A DNA stretch of 61,276 nt, the filler included. It is 14 parts of 14 records of this genome, joined end to end, with 100 filler letters (N's around TTAATTAATTAA, not from the genome) between each part and the next. Parts side by side here need not be neighbours in the genome. Positions count along the whole stretch, not along the records: positions 22,301 to 26,244 come from SRR7504441_111725; positions 26,345 to 29,755 come from SRR7504441_111882; positions 29,856 to 34,183 come from SRR7504441_111902; 11 more parts are not named here. One strand, written 5' to 3'. The translations under genes and the position numbers were made by a program. The notes under the pieces were generated by a model. It saw nothing but the letters and a program-made list of their open reading frames with translations. It was not told the DNA's origin and ran no database searches. Position 1 is the stretch's first letter. Each line of letters starts with the position of its first letter. Shown piece by piece: positions 22,615 through 33,352 of the stretch.

Positions 22615-23511
22615 TTACTTGGGTTCATGGTTTTCGAGCCAAAACAAAGACGGTGGCTCGACATGCTCCACCAACTCGACATGCACTTGGCCGGGTTGCC
22701 CCAAATCCGATCCATTAGTACGTGGGATATCTGGGCAGTTTACTTCAGTCCACTCCTCGGCTACTGGACAGTACACCTCCACGGAGTCAAGATAGCTGCA
22801 ACCACATCAAGCAACTATAAGCTTATAAGCCCAGCAGCACAGCGCTCTTGCCTGTAATCACTGCCCCACCCACCCTCGACATATAGCTTGCCATCAAGCA
22901 CCATGCAAATGTGGCTGCGTCGTGCTTTGTTCAGGGCAGCACCTTTCGTCCACGTGTTAGTCACTGGGTCGTAAACTTCCGTAGTATCGAGCGTCCTGAC
23001 ACCACAAACCAAGCGCTTAGTCAAGTAAGCACAGCCCCCACCAGTCTCACATGCCATTGCGATCTCCTCCACCCATGGCGTACAGTTTCCCATCAAGCCC
23101 CATGCATGTATGAGCGAACCGGCCCCTGTTCAGCGAGGCGCCTGGAATCCACTTGTTGGTAACTGGATTGTAAATCTCCATGGAGTCGAGCACCCTAACA
23201 CCACAAACCAAGCACTCAGCAAAGCAGGCTCGGCCCCCACAGCGCGCTCACCTGTCGTTGTCGGCTCCTCCGACAACGAACAGTTTCCCCTCGATTACGG
23301 CACAGCTGGTAATTTCCCGCGCCGTGTTGAGTGGGGTCCGCGTAATCCTCGCCCCCCCGCCATCAAGCACCTCCACTTCCCTGCAATCCTTTAAACTCGG
23401 CATCACCTGTCGATACGCGCTCGTCGCCACCTGCGCGCCCGCCCACTTACCCGCAGCGTCCATCTTGCCACGCAACGGCCTGTCTGCCGCGCTGCCTCCA
23501 CCGCCGCCCAT
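22615..23511 (-). CDS. kelch-repeat protein; introns 23195-23251, 22996-23050, 22796-22851 (start uncertain)
   Basis: Repeats GKLFVVGG, GKLYAMGG and GKLYVEGG, each followed by LDS/T-x-E-x-Y-x-P...W after splicing. Confidence 0.85.
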
Positions 23512-23857
23512 GGACTTTCGCCACTGCACGCCAGCTGCCAACCAACAGCCTCACCTTCAATACCAGCTATCAGGTCTGTACCATGCCGCGCGAGCCGGGG
23601 TCCAGTGCTTCGATCAGAATCCCGGGAACGCCATTTCGGTGCAAGAATCCGCACAGCGGCGACAGCGCCATTATTATCCTTTGCGAGTGCCGAGACGCCC
23701 GCCGGTGCCCCTTCGGTCGGTCTGCCAGCTGGGTTACGCCGCCCGCTACGCTGTACACCGTAGCGTCCTGGCCACTCCGTGACTCGGAAAAAGAAAAATC
23801 GGCCACGTTCCCGGACTTGACACGGGGTGACCCTCCCGGTACACGCGGCGAGCCAAG

Positions 23858-24880
23858 ATGCAAGGGCTGGAGGCGCTGAACGACATGCCGCCGGAGGAGC
23901 TGATGCAGTTCCTTGCGGCTATGCCCCCCGAAATCCGGGCCGAGCTGGTTAGCCTCATCCGGGCCGCCGAGCATCAGGAGCCGGAGCCGCCGGCCTCACA
24001 ACTGGGTTACGTCACTGTGGGTCGCGCCAGCCCGGACGAGTTGCCGCCAGCGCTCGCGCGGCTGGGGCGCCGCGGCTGGGTCGGATCGTTGCCCTACATA
24101 ACACCGACAGACGAGCTGGGGCCTCTGACAAGCACGCTGGCGGCAAAGTACCCGGGGGACTTTTGCGTAGGGAGTTGCTTTGACGTAGACTTCATCACCC
24201 GGCTGATATACCACGGCTACTTGACCATGTGCGAGCGGGTCGGGCCAACCGACTTTGTGCTGCTCCCGAAGCTGCACACCGAGCGCTGTGTGTTGCAGTG
24301 GACCGACCTCCACGTCGAGAAGAACGCCCGCAAGCGGAGCAAAAAGTTCCAGCTCTGCGTCGATCAGGACTTTGATGGGGTGTTTGACGGCTGCGTGGCG
24401 CAGCACGGGGAGAACTGGCTGCACAAGCCGCTGCGACGAGTGTTCAAGAGCATCTTTGACGTGCCAGGTGGGTTGAACGGGGTTTCGGTGCACACAGTCG
24501 AGCTGAGGGACGCCGAAGGTACGCTGGTGGCAGGCGAGCTGGCCACAGCAGTAGGTGGGTGCTATACCGCGCTGAGTGGGTTCCGCACGGTATCGTCGTC
24601 AGGCTCAATCCAGATGATATGCACGGCCCGAGTGCTCGAAGCTGCTGGTTTCGCGTTCTGGGATCTTGGAATGGTGATGGACTACAAGGCTCGGCTTGGG
24701 GCTCGCGAGATGCCCCGGGGCGAGTTCCTCAAGGAACTGGCTCGGGTGCGTGACTGTAGCGAGGTCAAGCTCCAGCCGATAGTTTCTCTCAATGCGCACT
24801 ACGTAATCAGTCAGTCCGCACCTCTATGGACGCCAACTGAAGGTGCCGGCCCCGAGGAGGCGGCCGGCGTGGAAATATGA
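23858..24880 (+). CDS. aat: leucyl/phenylalanyl-tRNA-protein transferase family protein
   Basis: LLPKLH, VDQDFDGVFDGCVAQHGENWL, HTVEL...LVAGEL...GGCYTALSGF, FWDLGMVMDYK. Confidence 0.85.
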   Translation: MQGLEALNDMPPEELMQFLAAMPPEIRAELVSLIRAAEHQEPEPPASQLGYVTVGRASPDELPPALARLGRRGWVGSLPYITPTDELGPLTSTLAAKYPGDFCVGSCFDVDFITRLIYHGYLTMCERVGPTDFVLLPKLHTERCVLQWTDLHVEKNARKRSKKFQLCVDQDFDGVFDGCVAQHGENWLHKPLRRVFKSIFDVPGGLNGVSVHTVELRDAEGTLVAGELATAVGGCYTALSGFRTVSSSGSIQMICTARVLEAAGFAFWDLGMVMDYKARLGAREMPRGEFLKELARVRDCSEVKLQPIVSLNAHYVISQSAPLWTPTEGAGPEEAAGVEI

Positions 24881-25023
24881 GCGCTAGTTACGACTGAACC
24901 ATGCATTCACTACTGCTTGGCTAAATATAATTGATATCGAGCTTGTATGAATTATACCGGCGAGCCGGTCTGTATTTACTTGATTTGAGTCCAACATGAG
25001 CAACTAATCTATCGCAAGCAGAT

Positions 25024-26095
25024 TTAGAACATGGGCTGCTGGGGAGCAGCGTGGCCGCCGTATGCGCCCCACTCCTGGCCAGCTGCCGGCGCGGCCGGAG
25101 CGGCTGGAGCAGCCGGAGCAGCCGAAGCGCCCCACTCCTGGGCAGCAGCGAAGCCGCCAGGGGTGTCGCCAGCGCCAGGGGTGACGCCGAACGCGGACGG
25201 GTCGGCCTGCGGCACGACAGCCGGAGCGGCATCGTACTGCGGGGTGGCGGCCGGGATGACAGCCTCCTCAGCCGCCTGCTGAGCCTCCTCGATCTGCCTC
25301 TCGGCCTCCTCGGGGTCACGGTGGAAGAACAAGTCAACCACAACGTCCCACGGCTGCTGGCGGGAGATGGAGCCGCGCATCCGGAGCACCTCACGGGCCA
25401 GCATCCAGTAAAGCAGACCGATCGAGTTCCGGGCCTTGTTGTTGGCCGGAATGGCGATGTCCACAAACCGGAGCGGAGAGTCGGTATCACAGAAGGCAAT
25501 GGTCGGGATATTCATGTACGAGGACTCCCGAATCGGCTGGTGGTCGGTCCGCGGGTCGGTGAGCACGAGCAGACGGGGCTCCATGTACTTCTTCTGGATA
25601 TAGTTAGTGAAGGTACCTGGAGTGTACCGGCCGGCAATGTATTGGGCGCCAGTGTACTGAGCGTACTTGAGCACAGCACGGCCGCCGAAGGGGCGGGCGG
25701 CGATGACGCACACGTCACCCGGGTTCTCGATGGCCACGATCACGCGAGCGGCGAGCATCATCTTCTCCCAGGTCTTGGAAAGATCGAAGATGTACACACC
25801 TGCAAAAGAGCGGCTTAGCCCAGCGGGCGGGTGAGGGTGGCCGGGCGGGCGGGCTAGACAAGGTCAGAGCCTGTATCTACCCATCCACTTGCGTGTCGTC
25901 TAATACATGCAATTATCGAATTCACATCACGCCCGAGGGAGCAGCGGGGGGAGGCCGGGGAGGGGTACCGTCCATCTGGCGGCGCTTGTATGTGTACTTC
26001 TCCATCTGGAAGTCGCAGTTCTTGGTGCCCAGGTGCACTTGGCACGCGAGCATCCGCTGGATGTCATCTTCAGTGTACGGCAGATCAGTGGCCAT
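25024..26095 (-). CDS. RPSA: 40S ribosomal protein SA (uS2), intron 25800-25968
   Basis: Exon 1 [31 protein letters not shown]; exon 2 [18 protein letters not shown]...[10 protein letters not shown]...EPRLL...[10 protein letters not shown]. Confidence 0.98.
25859..25935 (-). ncRNA. intronic box C/D snoRNA, SNORD45-like (guide for the 18S Um172-equivalent)
   Basis: Box C GTGATGT (25930-25924), box D CTGA (25867-25864), guide TGCATGTATTAG (25911-25900) complementary to conserved 18S CUAAUACAUGC, followed by a degenerate D' box ACGA. Confidence 0.82.
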
Positions 26096-26720
26096 GTTGG
26101 ATCAGGGCTCTTGGCGCGGACGAAGCCCACGGGCGAGAATAAAGAAAAATAAATAAAAAAGACCGCAGCAAAACACTCAGCCGGCTCAGCGATGCGGCTG
26201 TACAGTAATCGGGCTGTAATCCTCCGAAAGTTAGATAGACCGAANNNNNNNNNNNNNNNNNNNNNNNNNNNNNNNNNNNNNNNNNNNNTTAATTAATTAA
26301 NNNNNNNNNNNNNNNNNNNNNNNNNNNNNNNNNNNNNNNNNNNNGACTGCTTCCAAACCTGATCCAAATGCGCGAATGGCACGATGGCAAGGCACGAAGG
26401 CAGTAGTTTATTGAGACGAACCGATTTATGTTGTTAAGATTACTTTGTGATCCATCTCGCGCCTAGCTTTCTCATCACTTTCTCATAATTTCCTTGACTT
26501 TGCCGTCATCATGGGTTATGAAATCGTGAAATTGATTCGAGAGCTTGAGCCTGCGTAGCATAGCCTCACGACCCAAACACGCCTGTTAAAAGCATCAGAG
26601 AGGACGCCACCACGATGCATGATAGTCCGATCCGAATCCAGCATGCGCCTCGAGCATCGTCCTTGCCACGCCTTAGCCAAGCCTACAGGTGGGAACATGC
26701 AGTCTTGGCTGTCTCTGCGC

Positions 26721-28830
26721 TTATTCAGCGCTCTTCTTCACGGGCGACTGCACACAATAAAAATCAGTACTATCCTCAACTGTGTAAGGACACCTTGCGG
26801 GGGCGCGCACGCTGTGGTTGAGGCTTGCTGTCCTGAGACGCATCCTCTGGCTTGCTCGACTCTTTGTTGCCACCCTTGCCTCGACCGCGGCCTCCCCGGC
26901 CACGCCCACCTCCCCTGCCTCTATTCGGGCTCTTGACTTCTACCGTTGCGCCGTCCGATTGCTCATCGGCACCTTTTCCCTTGCTTGGCTTGGGCTTGGG
27001 TTTGGGCTGCTCAGACTTGCTGTTATTTTCTGTCTTGTTGCTCGGTTTCGGAAGAGGCACGTCAGCCGCGTGGCCATTCACCTCGGCGTCTGGCTTGGGA
27101 GCTGGCTTCGGAAGTCCAGGGAAGTCATCATCCTCGCTCTTAAAAGGCCTCCTTTCCCTCTTAGAAGGCGAATTGTCCCCACCTTTGCCCCTACCTCTGC
27201 CCTTGCCGCCTTTCCCCTTGCCGAACTGGCCCCCCTTGCCACCATAATGGCCGTCCTCGTCGCGGATGTCGCGGTAACAGTCGTCAATCTTCTGGCGAGC
27301 GCCATCAAACTCCTCGAGGTACTTGGTGTGCGTCTCCAGCCACAACTTGCCTTTCATCACAGCTGCCCGAGTGCCCACAAACTCCACCGTGTTGTCGAGC
27401 ACTCTGATGGTGATCACCCCAGTTTCTTGTTGCATCTGAAGCGGCCACACCGGCGGTCAGAACCAGCTCCTCCAGTCAGCGGCCCACCTCCCTGATGTTA
27501 GCGCCTTTCTTCCCGATAATCCAACCGAGTCTTTCCGCAGGCACCTGGGCCAATTCCAGCACGAGTGTGCACTGTTAGATACCTCGACGTGCTCCCTCAC
27601 CACGTCCAGCCGGGCCCTGCACTCGTCGACCGACTTCTGGTCCGGCCCGTGGATCACCACCTGACCGACTGCTCAGCTGTGCCCTTACGCACGCGCTACC
27701 CGGCCGTCCTCTATGTAGACGGAGTGCACACCAGAGTCACGCTCAGCTTTCTTAATGTGACTGCCCGCCAATCAAGCACGATGGCGCACGCGGCGGGCCG
27801 CACCTCCCCTTGGGCCCCACAATGGCGCCGATCAGGTCGGCGTCGACAGCAAAGCTGTGGTGCACGCTGCGGCCACAGATCAGCAGCCGGATTTGCTAGG
27901 CTGCAACCTGTTGCCGTACTGCTCCTGCCTGGCCTCCTTCTCCAGCTTCAGTTTCTGGGCTTCCTTCTCGAGTGATTTGAGCCCGTCCTGCCTCCGGCTC
28001 ACTGTCGACTCCCGAGGCCAGGCGCACCTGGTGCTTGGCGTGCAGTTGAAGCAGCATCTTTGCTGTATCTGCAGCAGTGGCCGTGCCCAGCAAGGAAAGC
28101 GTGGCCTGAAACCGCCCGTTCGAGCCGCGGGGGGTACTGAACTGCACCTTGGACCTCGGCTCCTGGAGAGCCAGACCCCACGCGCCGCACGTCTTCCTGA
28201 TGGTTTCAAGGTTTTCAGGATCCTCGATCCAGTTCATCATGTTGGCCGGGACAGCGACGTTGTGCTTCTCGAGGTTGAGCTTCTGCTGGGGCAACCCAGC
28301 GTACGGCCGAAGGCACGACAGCTCGACGATCTCATTGTAGCTTTTATCCCAACCCTGCCCGCGCTTGTTCGGCCGGCCATTGACCGGGCTCACCGTGTAG
28401 GCCAAATGGCAGAACTCGCCCTTGACCGCCGAGATGTCGGCCTCCCACCAGCACATACCGCCCTCGTGGTCGCCGCCCGGATGCTCGTCCGACTGACAGC
28501 ACACCTCCACCTTCTCCCTGGCCCGCCTGTAACCAAACCGCCCGGGCGGAGGGGGCTGGTTACTTGTCCTGATAGGTGTGGCCCTGGAGCGGCTCGGGCG
28601 GAAGTCGAACGTTTTGGAGCTCGACGGTGCGCCGCTCCCTCGAGACGACGAACTCGCATTCGCACGCATCGCCCTTAATGTCCAGCACCTTGGCCGGGAT
28701 AAACACCCGCTTCTGCAGGGCAAGCGAGCACAAGTCAGGAGAGCGCGCCAGCTCAAGGCTCCGCCGGGCCAAGCCTCCCGGGGTGCGGGGGATGGGGCAC
28801 CTCGGGAACGTAAACCTCCACCAGTCCCAT
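26721..28830 (-). CDS. FMR1: Fragile X protein family homolog (Agenet1-Agenet2-KH0-KH1-KH2-RGG), about eight introns
   Basis: MGLVEVYVPEKRVFIPAKV...VRLPP; CWWEADISAVKGEF...YNEIVELSCLRP; KH loops IVGPKG and IIGKKG; FVGTRAAV...LETHTKYLEE; RGRGGGRGRGG. These match the FMRP blocks in order. Confidence 0.88.
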
Positions 28831-29248
28831 AGCTGCTTTGCGACGACCTCAGTGGCGCGGCAGCTAGCAAGAAACGTCTTGTCACACACATAAGGCAATG
28901 CTCAGGCCGTCAGGCGTGCCTGATGATTCCCGGCGGACGGTGGAAACCGATGTAGAAAACGAGCAAGCGACGCTCGCAAGGGCTGGAAAGCCGGCAGGTT
29001 ATTACGTGCAAAGACAGCGCAGCATAAATCGAAACTATTTTGTAAAAGTCACAAAGTCGTTTATAAACCCTGTGTAAACCACGGCGCTCGGTACACTGAG
29101 TGCGCGTAGCATTTAGTATAGAACAAGCATGTCACCGGTGTCAGCACGCACGGGTTCTCAGCCCGGCTGTCTGTCCGAAGCCCCAGAGGCCCTCCGATGA
29201 CTGCATCCGTCCCCCCTCCCCTCTGTGTCGCCTCCCATTCCCCCGGCC

Positions 29249-29695
29249 TTAGCATTCGGCCGGGGCCGGAACGACGACGTTCACCTCCTCCCACTCATCC
29301 TCGGCATCTGGCCCAGCCCCCCGTCAACCGCGGCTCCAGGTCCGGCCAGACCCGGCTTCTTGAACACCATGTGGATCTCGGCCCCATTGTCCGCCTTGCC
29401 GTCGGCCAGGGTCTTGCCCTCCTCTAGCGCCTCGGACGTCTCGGCCAGGAGCAGCTTAATATCCTCCGGCTGCCCGACCGATCAGTGGTGACCTCGCTAG
29501 CACGGCGCGCAAACCCACCGCAGGGGTGTTGCCCAGGATCTGCGAGAGTTTGGCCTTGGCGCGGTCGACTGTATCGGACGGTTCACAGACCAGGAAGATG
29601 GTCTGGGCCGGGCATGGGTGAGCCGGGGCGGCCGGCCAACAGGGCTCAGTCACCTGCTTATCCCGCTTGACCCTGAGGTAGTTCCACTGGCTCAT
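29249..29695 (-). CDS. ELOB: Elongin B-like ubiquitin-fold protein, three introns
   Basis: Spliced MSQWNYLRVKRDKQTIFLVCEPSDTV...LEEGKTLAD...EWEEVNV resembles Elongin B. Confidence 0.75.
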
Positions 29696-29855
29696 CCTCC
29701 GTAGCACGCCTCCCTGCGGTAATCCAAAAATGCCCAGCTGCGGAGAGGCCGTTGTNNNNNNNNNNNNNNNNNNNNNNNNNNNNNNNNNNNNNNNNNNNNT
29801 TAATTAATTAANNNNNNNNNNNNNNNNNNNNNNNNNNNNNNNNNNNNNNNNNNNN

Positions 29856-30512
29856 GCGCGCTCAGTTGCCCGCCGGCTATTTGCCGGGCCAGCCTGGCAC
29901 TTCGTGGGCAGCTATGACAGCGTGCGCCCGCTCCAGCGGCTCCCGCCGGCCTGCACGCTCTGCGTGGCCGGCCGGTCCAACTGCGGCAAATCGAGCCTGA
30001 TCAACGGGCTGGTCGGGGCTTCCGGGCTGGCCAAGAGCTCCAGGACCCCAGGCCGGACCTCCAAGCTGAACGTGTTCGAGGGCCAGGCCGAGCCCGGGAT
30101 CCGGCTGCGGATGGTGGACTTGCCGGGGTACGGGTACACCGCGAAGGGGGCCGAGGCCGGGGGCGAGTGGGGGCGGATGATCCGGAACTATCTGCTGGAT
30201 GGAGCCAGAGGCCGGCTGCAGCTGGTGCTGCTGCTGCTGGATGCCCGGCGGGGGATCAGCGAGACGGACCAGCTGATGATCCGTATGCTCGAGCAAAAGC
30301 AGCTGCCGTATCAGGTGGTGCTCACCAAGGCGGATAAGCTGCGCCCAAAGCAGGTCGAGGCGCTCGCGATGGCGCACCAGCTGATGTTTGCCTCACGGCC
30401 GCACTGCGTGTCGGCTGAGATTGCCACCTCTACTAAGAAGCGGTGGGGGCTAGATGCGTTGAGAGAGTCGTTAGTCGTTCACACGGGACTAGTGCCGCCT
30501 GAAGAGCTCTGA
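29856..30512 (+). CDS. engB: EngB/YihA ribosome-biogenesis GTPase, 5'-partial
   Basis: GRSNCGKSSLIN, SRTPGRT, DLPGYG, LTKAD. Confidence 0.92.
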   Translation, partial: ARSVARRLFAGPAWHFVGSYDSVRPLQRLPPACTLCVAGRSNCGKSSLINGLVGASGLAKSSRTPGRTSKLNVFEGQAEPGIRLRMVDLPGYGYTAKGAEAGGEWGRMIRNYLLDGARGRLQLVLLLLDARRGISETDQLMIRMLEQKQLPYQVVLTKADKLRPKQVEALAMAHQLMFASRPHCVSAEIATSTKKRWGLDALRESLVVHTGLVPPEEL

Positions 30513-30693
30513 CTCGATCAATCAATTTAAAAGTACTACTTGTACGTAGGTCGGTACTCGTACGAGTACGTACTCGACTGTCTGTACGAGTGTAACTGAG
30601 TATATGAGTACATTAAGTCGGCGCCCTAGGGCTCACACCTGTACGTACATGTACTCGACATCTGATTATTTATTTATACATTGATTCATAGCT

Positions 30694-33150
30694 TTAGAGT
30701 GATCCATAGTGCAGCATCGCTTGCGCAATTGCCATCTCACCATGATGTCCATAAGTATTATTGGTCACAGCCTTGACGAATAGGCGCACTCCGTTCATCT
30801 TCACCGGCGGCTCCAGCCCATCCTCCGGGCGGCCCCACATGCAAGGCGGCGAAGCAATATACCCGGGCTCATTAAACTCTTGTTTGTCCGAAACAAACCC
30901 GCCAGTGCCACCGTACACCGGCTGGGTGCGGCAGAGCAGCTCGCCAGTGATGTTGTTATACGTCTCCATGTACAGGCAAGTCGGCTGCACACTTTACTCA
31001 GCAGTCGGGACGGGCCCGAGCTACTCACCGCGTGGCAGTGGTGGTGAATCGCCGCCAAGTAAACGTCGCCGCCCGTGTGAGGCACAGGTGTCCACTGTCC
31101 TGTTATGGTGTGAGTGCACTGCTCAGTCGGTGTGCCCGCCGGGCATTGCGGCACATCGTACTCGCACCTGGGCCAGACTGAGCACAGTATCGCGCTGTGC
31201 CACACCCGTCGTGCGACGCGATGCACCAGTCCACCCGCTCAATCTGCTTGTGGTGCGACGCGTTGTAATCCTGGTAGTAGACTCTGAACTTTTTATAATA
31301 CTCGAGAGGCTGGTCGGGCCATGGGATCTCTTGATCCGCATCCAACTGCACACTACTCAGCAGCTAGAGCAAGGGCGAGCTACTCACCAGGTGCCAACCG
31401 TGCCTGCACACATTCAGGCCGCCTACATACGTTCTGATATCGCAGGTCGGGTTGGCTTGTGCGATCAAATCCTCCCTCGGCTGGTGGTCGCACCGTCCAG
31501 ACGGCCAGCCCACTACCTCGTGTGTAGGTAGATACTCAATCGTACCCGCCCCCTGCCCAAACGGAGCCGCAGGCACTGCGCAGATGCACACCGCCCCTCC
31601 TGTGGGCCACAGCGACACGGTAGCTGCCCCGTGCGGCGCTGAGTTGTGCGGCCCGAATTGGGCGGTGCTGCCTACTGCCGAGATTACAGGGATCGACAGC
31701 ACAGTTGGATTAAACTCGTAATGATCCGGAGTGGCCCCGGCCGTTGCACGCGTGATCACTAGAGAGCGCAGCCCGCCAGCTACTGTGTCGGACACCACCG
31801 TGAGGCTTGTGTTGAGCAGCCTGCCTGGTTCGTGCTTGGCCAGTCTCCGCTCGGTGACCTGCCCTGTCGGGCCTCCTTCGACCACGATTGTGTACGGACT
31901 GTCGCTCATTTGCTGGGCGTTGAACCCTACCGCAAACCACACGGCAGCCGGGCCGGTGAGCCGGATGGTCACTGTTGAGGTTGATCCCGAGACCGCGAGC
32001 TTCATGTCGAGCTGTCCAGCCAATCTTTGGCTTCCGCCCTCGAGGTCAGTCCCCCCGTCCACCCCGCAGCAGCCGGTGGCGTTACGATTGGCGTTGAACA
32101 CGACTGCGGCTGTGCCGGTGCTCGGGTCGGCGACCACGCTGCAACCCGGTGGAAGTGCAGCCGACGAGACGGCTCGTGTGCTCAAATTGGTCATCTCAGC
32201 GAGGGCATTCAGACCCCGCGCAGCACCAAAGCAGCCGGTGGCGGTGGCGGTCATGTGATCGCACTGACGGTGCGAGGCGTTGCACGCGAAGGCCTGGGCA
32301 GCGAAGCCGTCGTTGAAGCCGCTCGCGCCAACCACGTGCTTGGCAACTCGCGTGGTGAGAGGGCACTCGAGCAGCCCTGAGTAGATAGCATCCGGTCCTG
32401 CGAGAGGGGCCAGGGCCCGGCGTGGCACTGGACCCGGCACAAACGGGGAGCCTGTGAGATTCATGCGATCCCTGTGCCAGGTGTCGATTTGCATCGCAAC
32501 TCCGTTGATCTTCGACGGTGAGTCGACCAGCTGAGCAAATGGCGGCGCATACACGTGCAGAGTCTTCCTGTACTCTCCGCCGTTCCCGTCATCTGCCCCC
32601 AGTCACACGGCCGTCTGCCGGCGCCAGCACCGAACATGGCCGAAGTGGGATGGCCGTTCGGGGATGGTGTGTACTCCACCGGCAGCCAGACTGTCGCCGG
32701 ATCCGATAGCCGGGCGTGCTTGGTGCCGGCCACGCGTGGGTCAGCCCGGTGCACCACTTGCATCTCGGCTCCGGCCCCCGTGATGAGCGTGTTGTGGTGG
32801 TGGTTGTATGCAACATTTATGGGGACCGATACGTCCCCAGCCGGGGTGCGCCGGACTTGATCCATCTCGATCCCGACAATTGCCATCACCTTGCCCTTGA
32901 ATCGGTCAATCACTGCCTGGGGCAGCTGGTCGGAGCTGCTGGTCCACCAGACCTGCGAGTAGGTGGACCGGATCGGGCCGTGGTAGGCATCAAAGCTCTG
33001 GACCCCCCCAGGGTACGACATGAGATTGGTCGGGAAGGTCAGGTTGGCTGGCGCCCCAGGGGTGCGCCAGTAGACATAATTTCCATTCATATTCGGCACG
33101 GGACTGCCGGCTGCCAGCATCAACAGCAGGCAGCTGGACAGGGTCCGCAT
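30694..33150 (-). CDS. secreted DOMON-containing protein with copper-monooxygenase-like His/Met motifs (SURNod19-like), four introns
   Basis: Signal peptide; YNHHH; DOMON-like VTIRLTGPAAVWFAVGFNA...TERRLAKHEPG; HHHCHAPTCL; HHGEMA. Confidence 0.7.
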
Positions 33151-33352
33151 TGCACTGTCAAGGAGGACGGGAGGTGGGAGTGCCTGCCCTGCACTGATCT
33201 GCGAAAGTACAACGGACGAATCGGCATTTGTTTGGGTGAGAAGACCCATCGACCCGTCTAGATCACTCTTTCTAATAATATTCTAATATAATCATATTCT
33301 AATCAGTGTCTTTTATATAATCACTTTAACTATACTAATCAATCACTCTTTC

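Noticed and set aside
23530-23790. Possible SRP RNA or other structured RNA (hairpin CGCTACG...CGTAGCG, GTGAGGCTG motif)
   Set aside because: Helix-8 pairing and the Alu UGUNR motif are not satisfied; more likely UTR or an upstream kelch exon.
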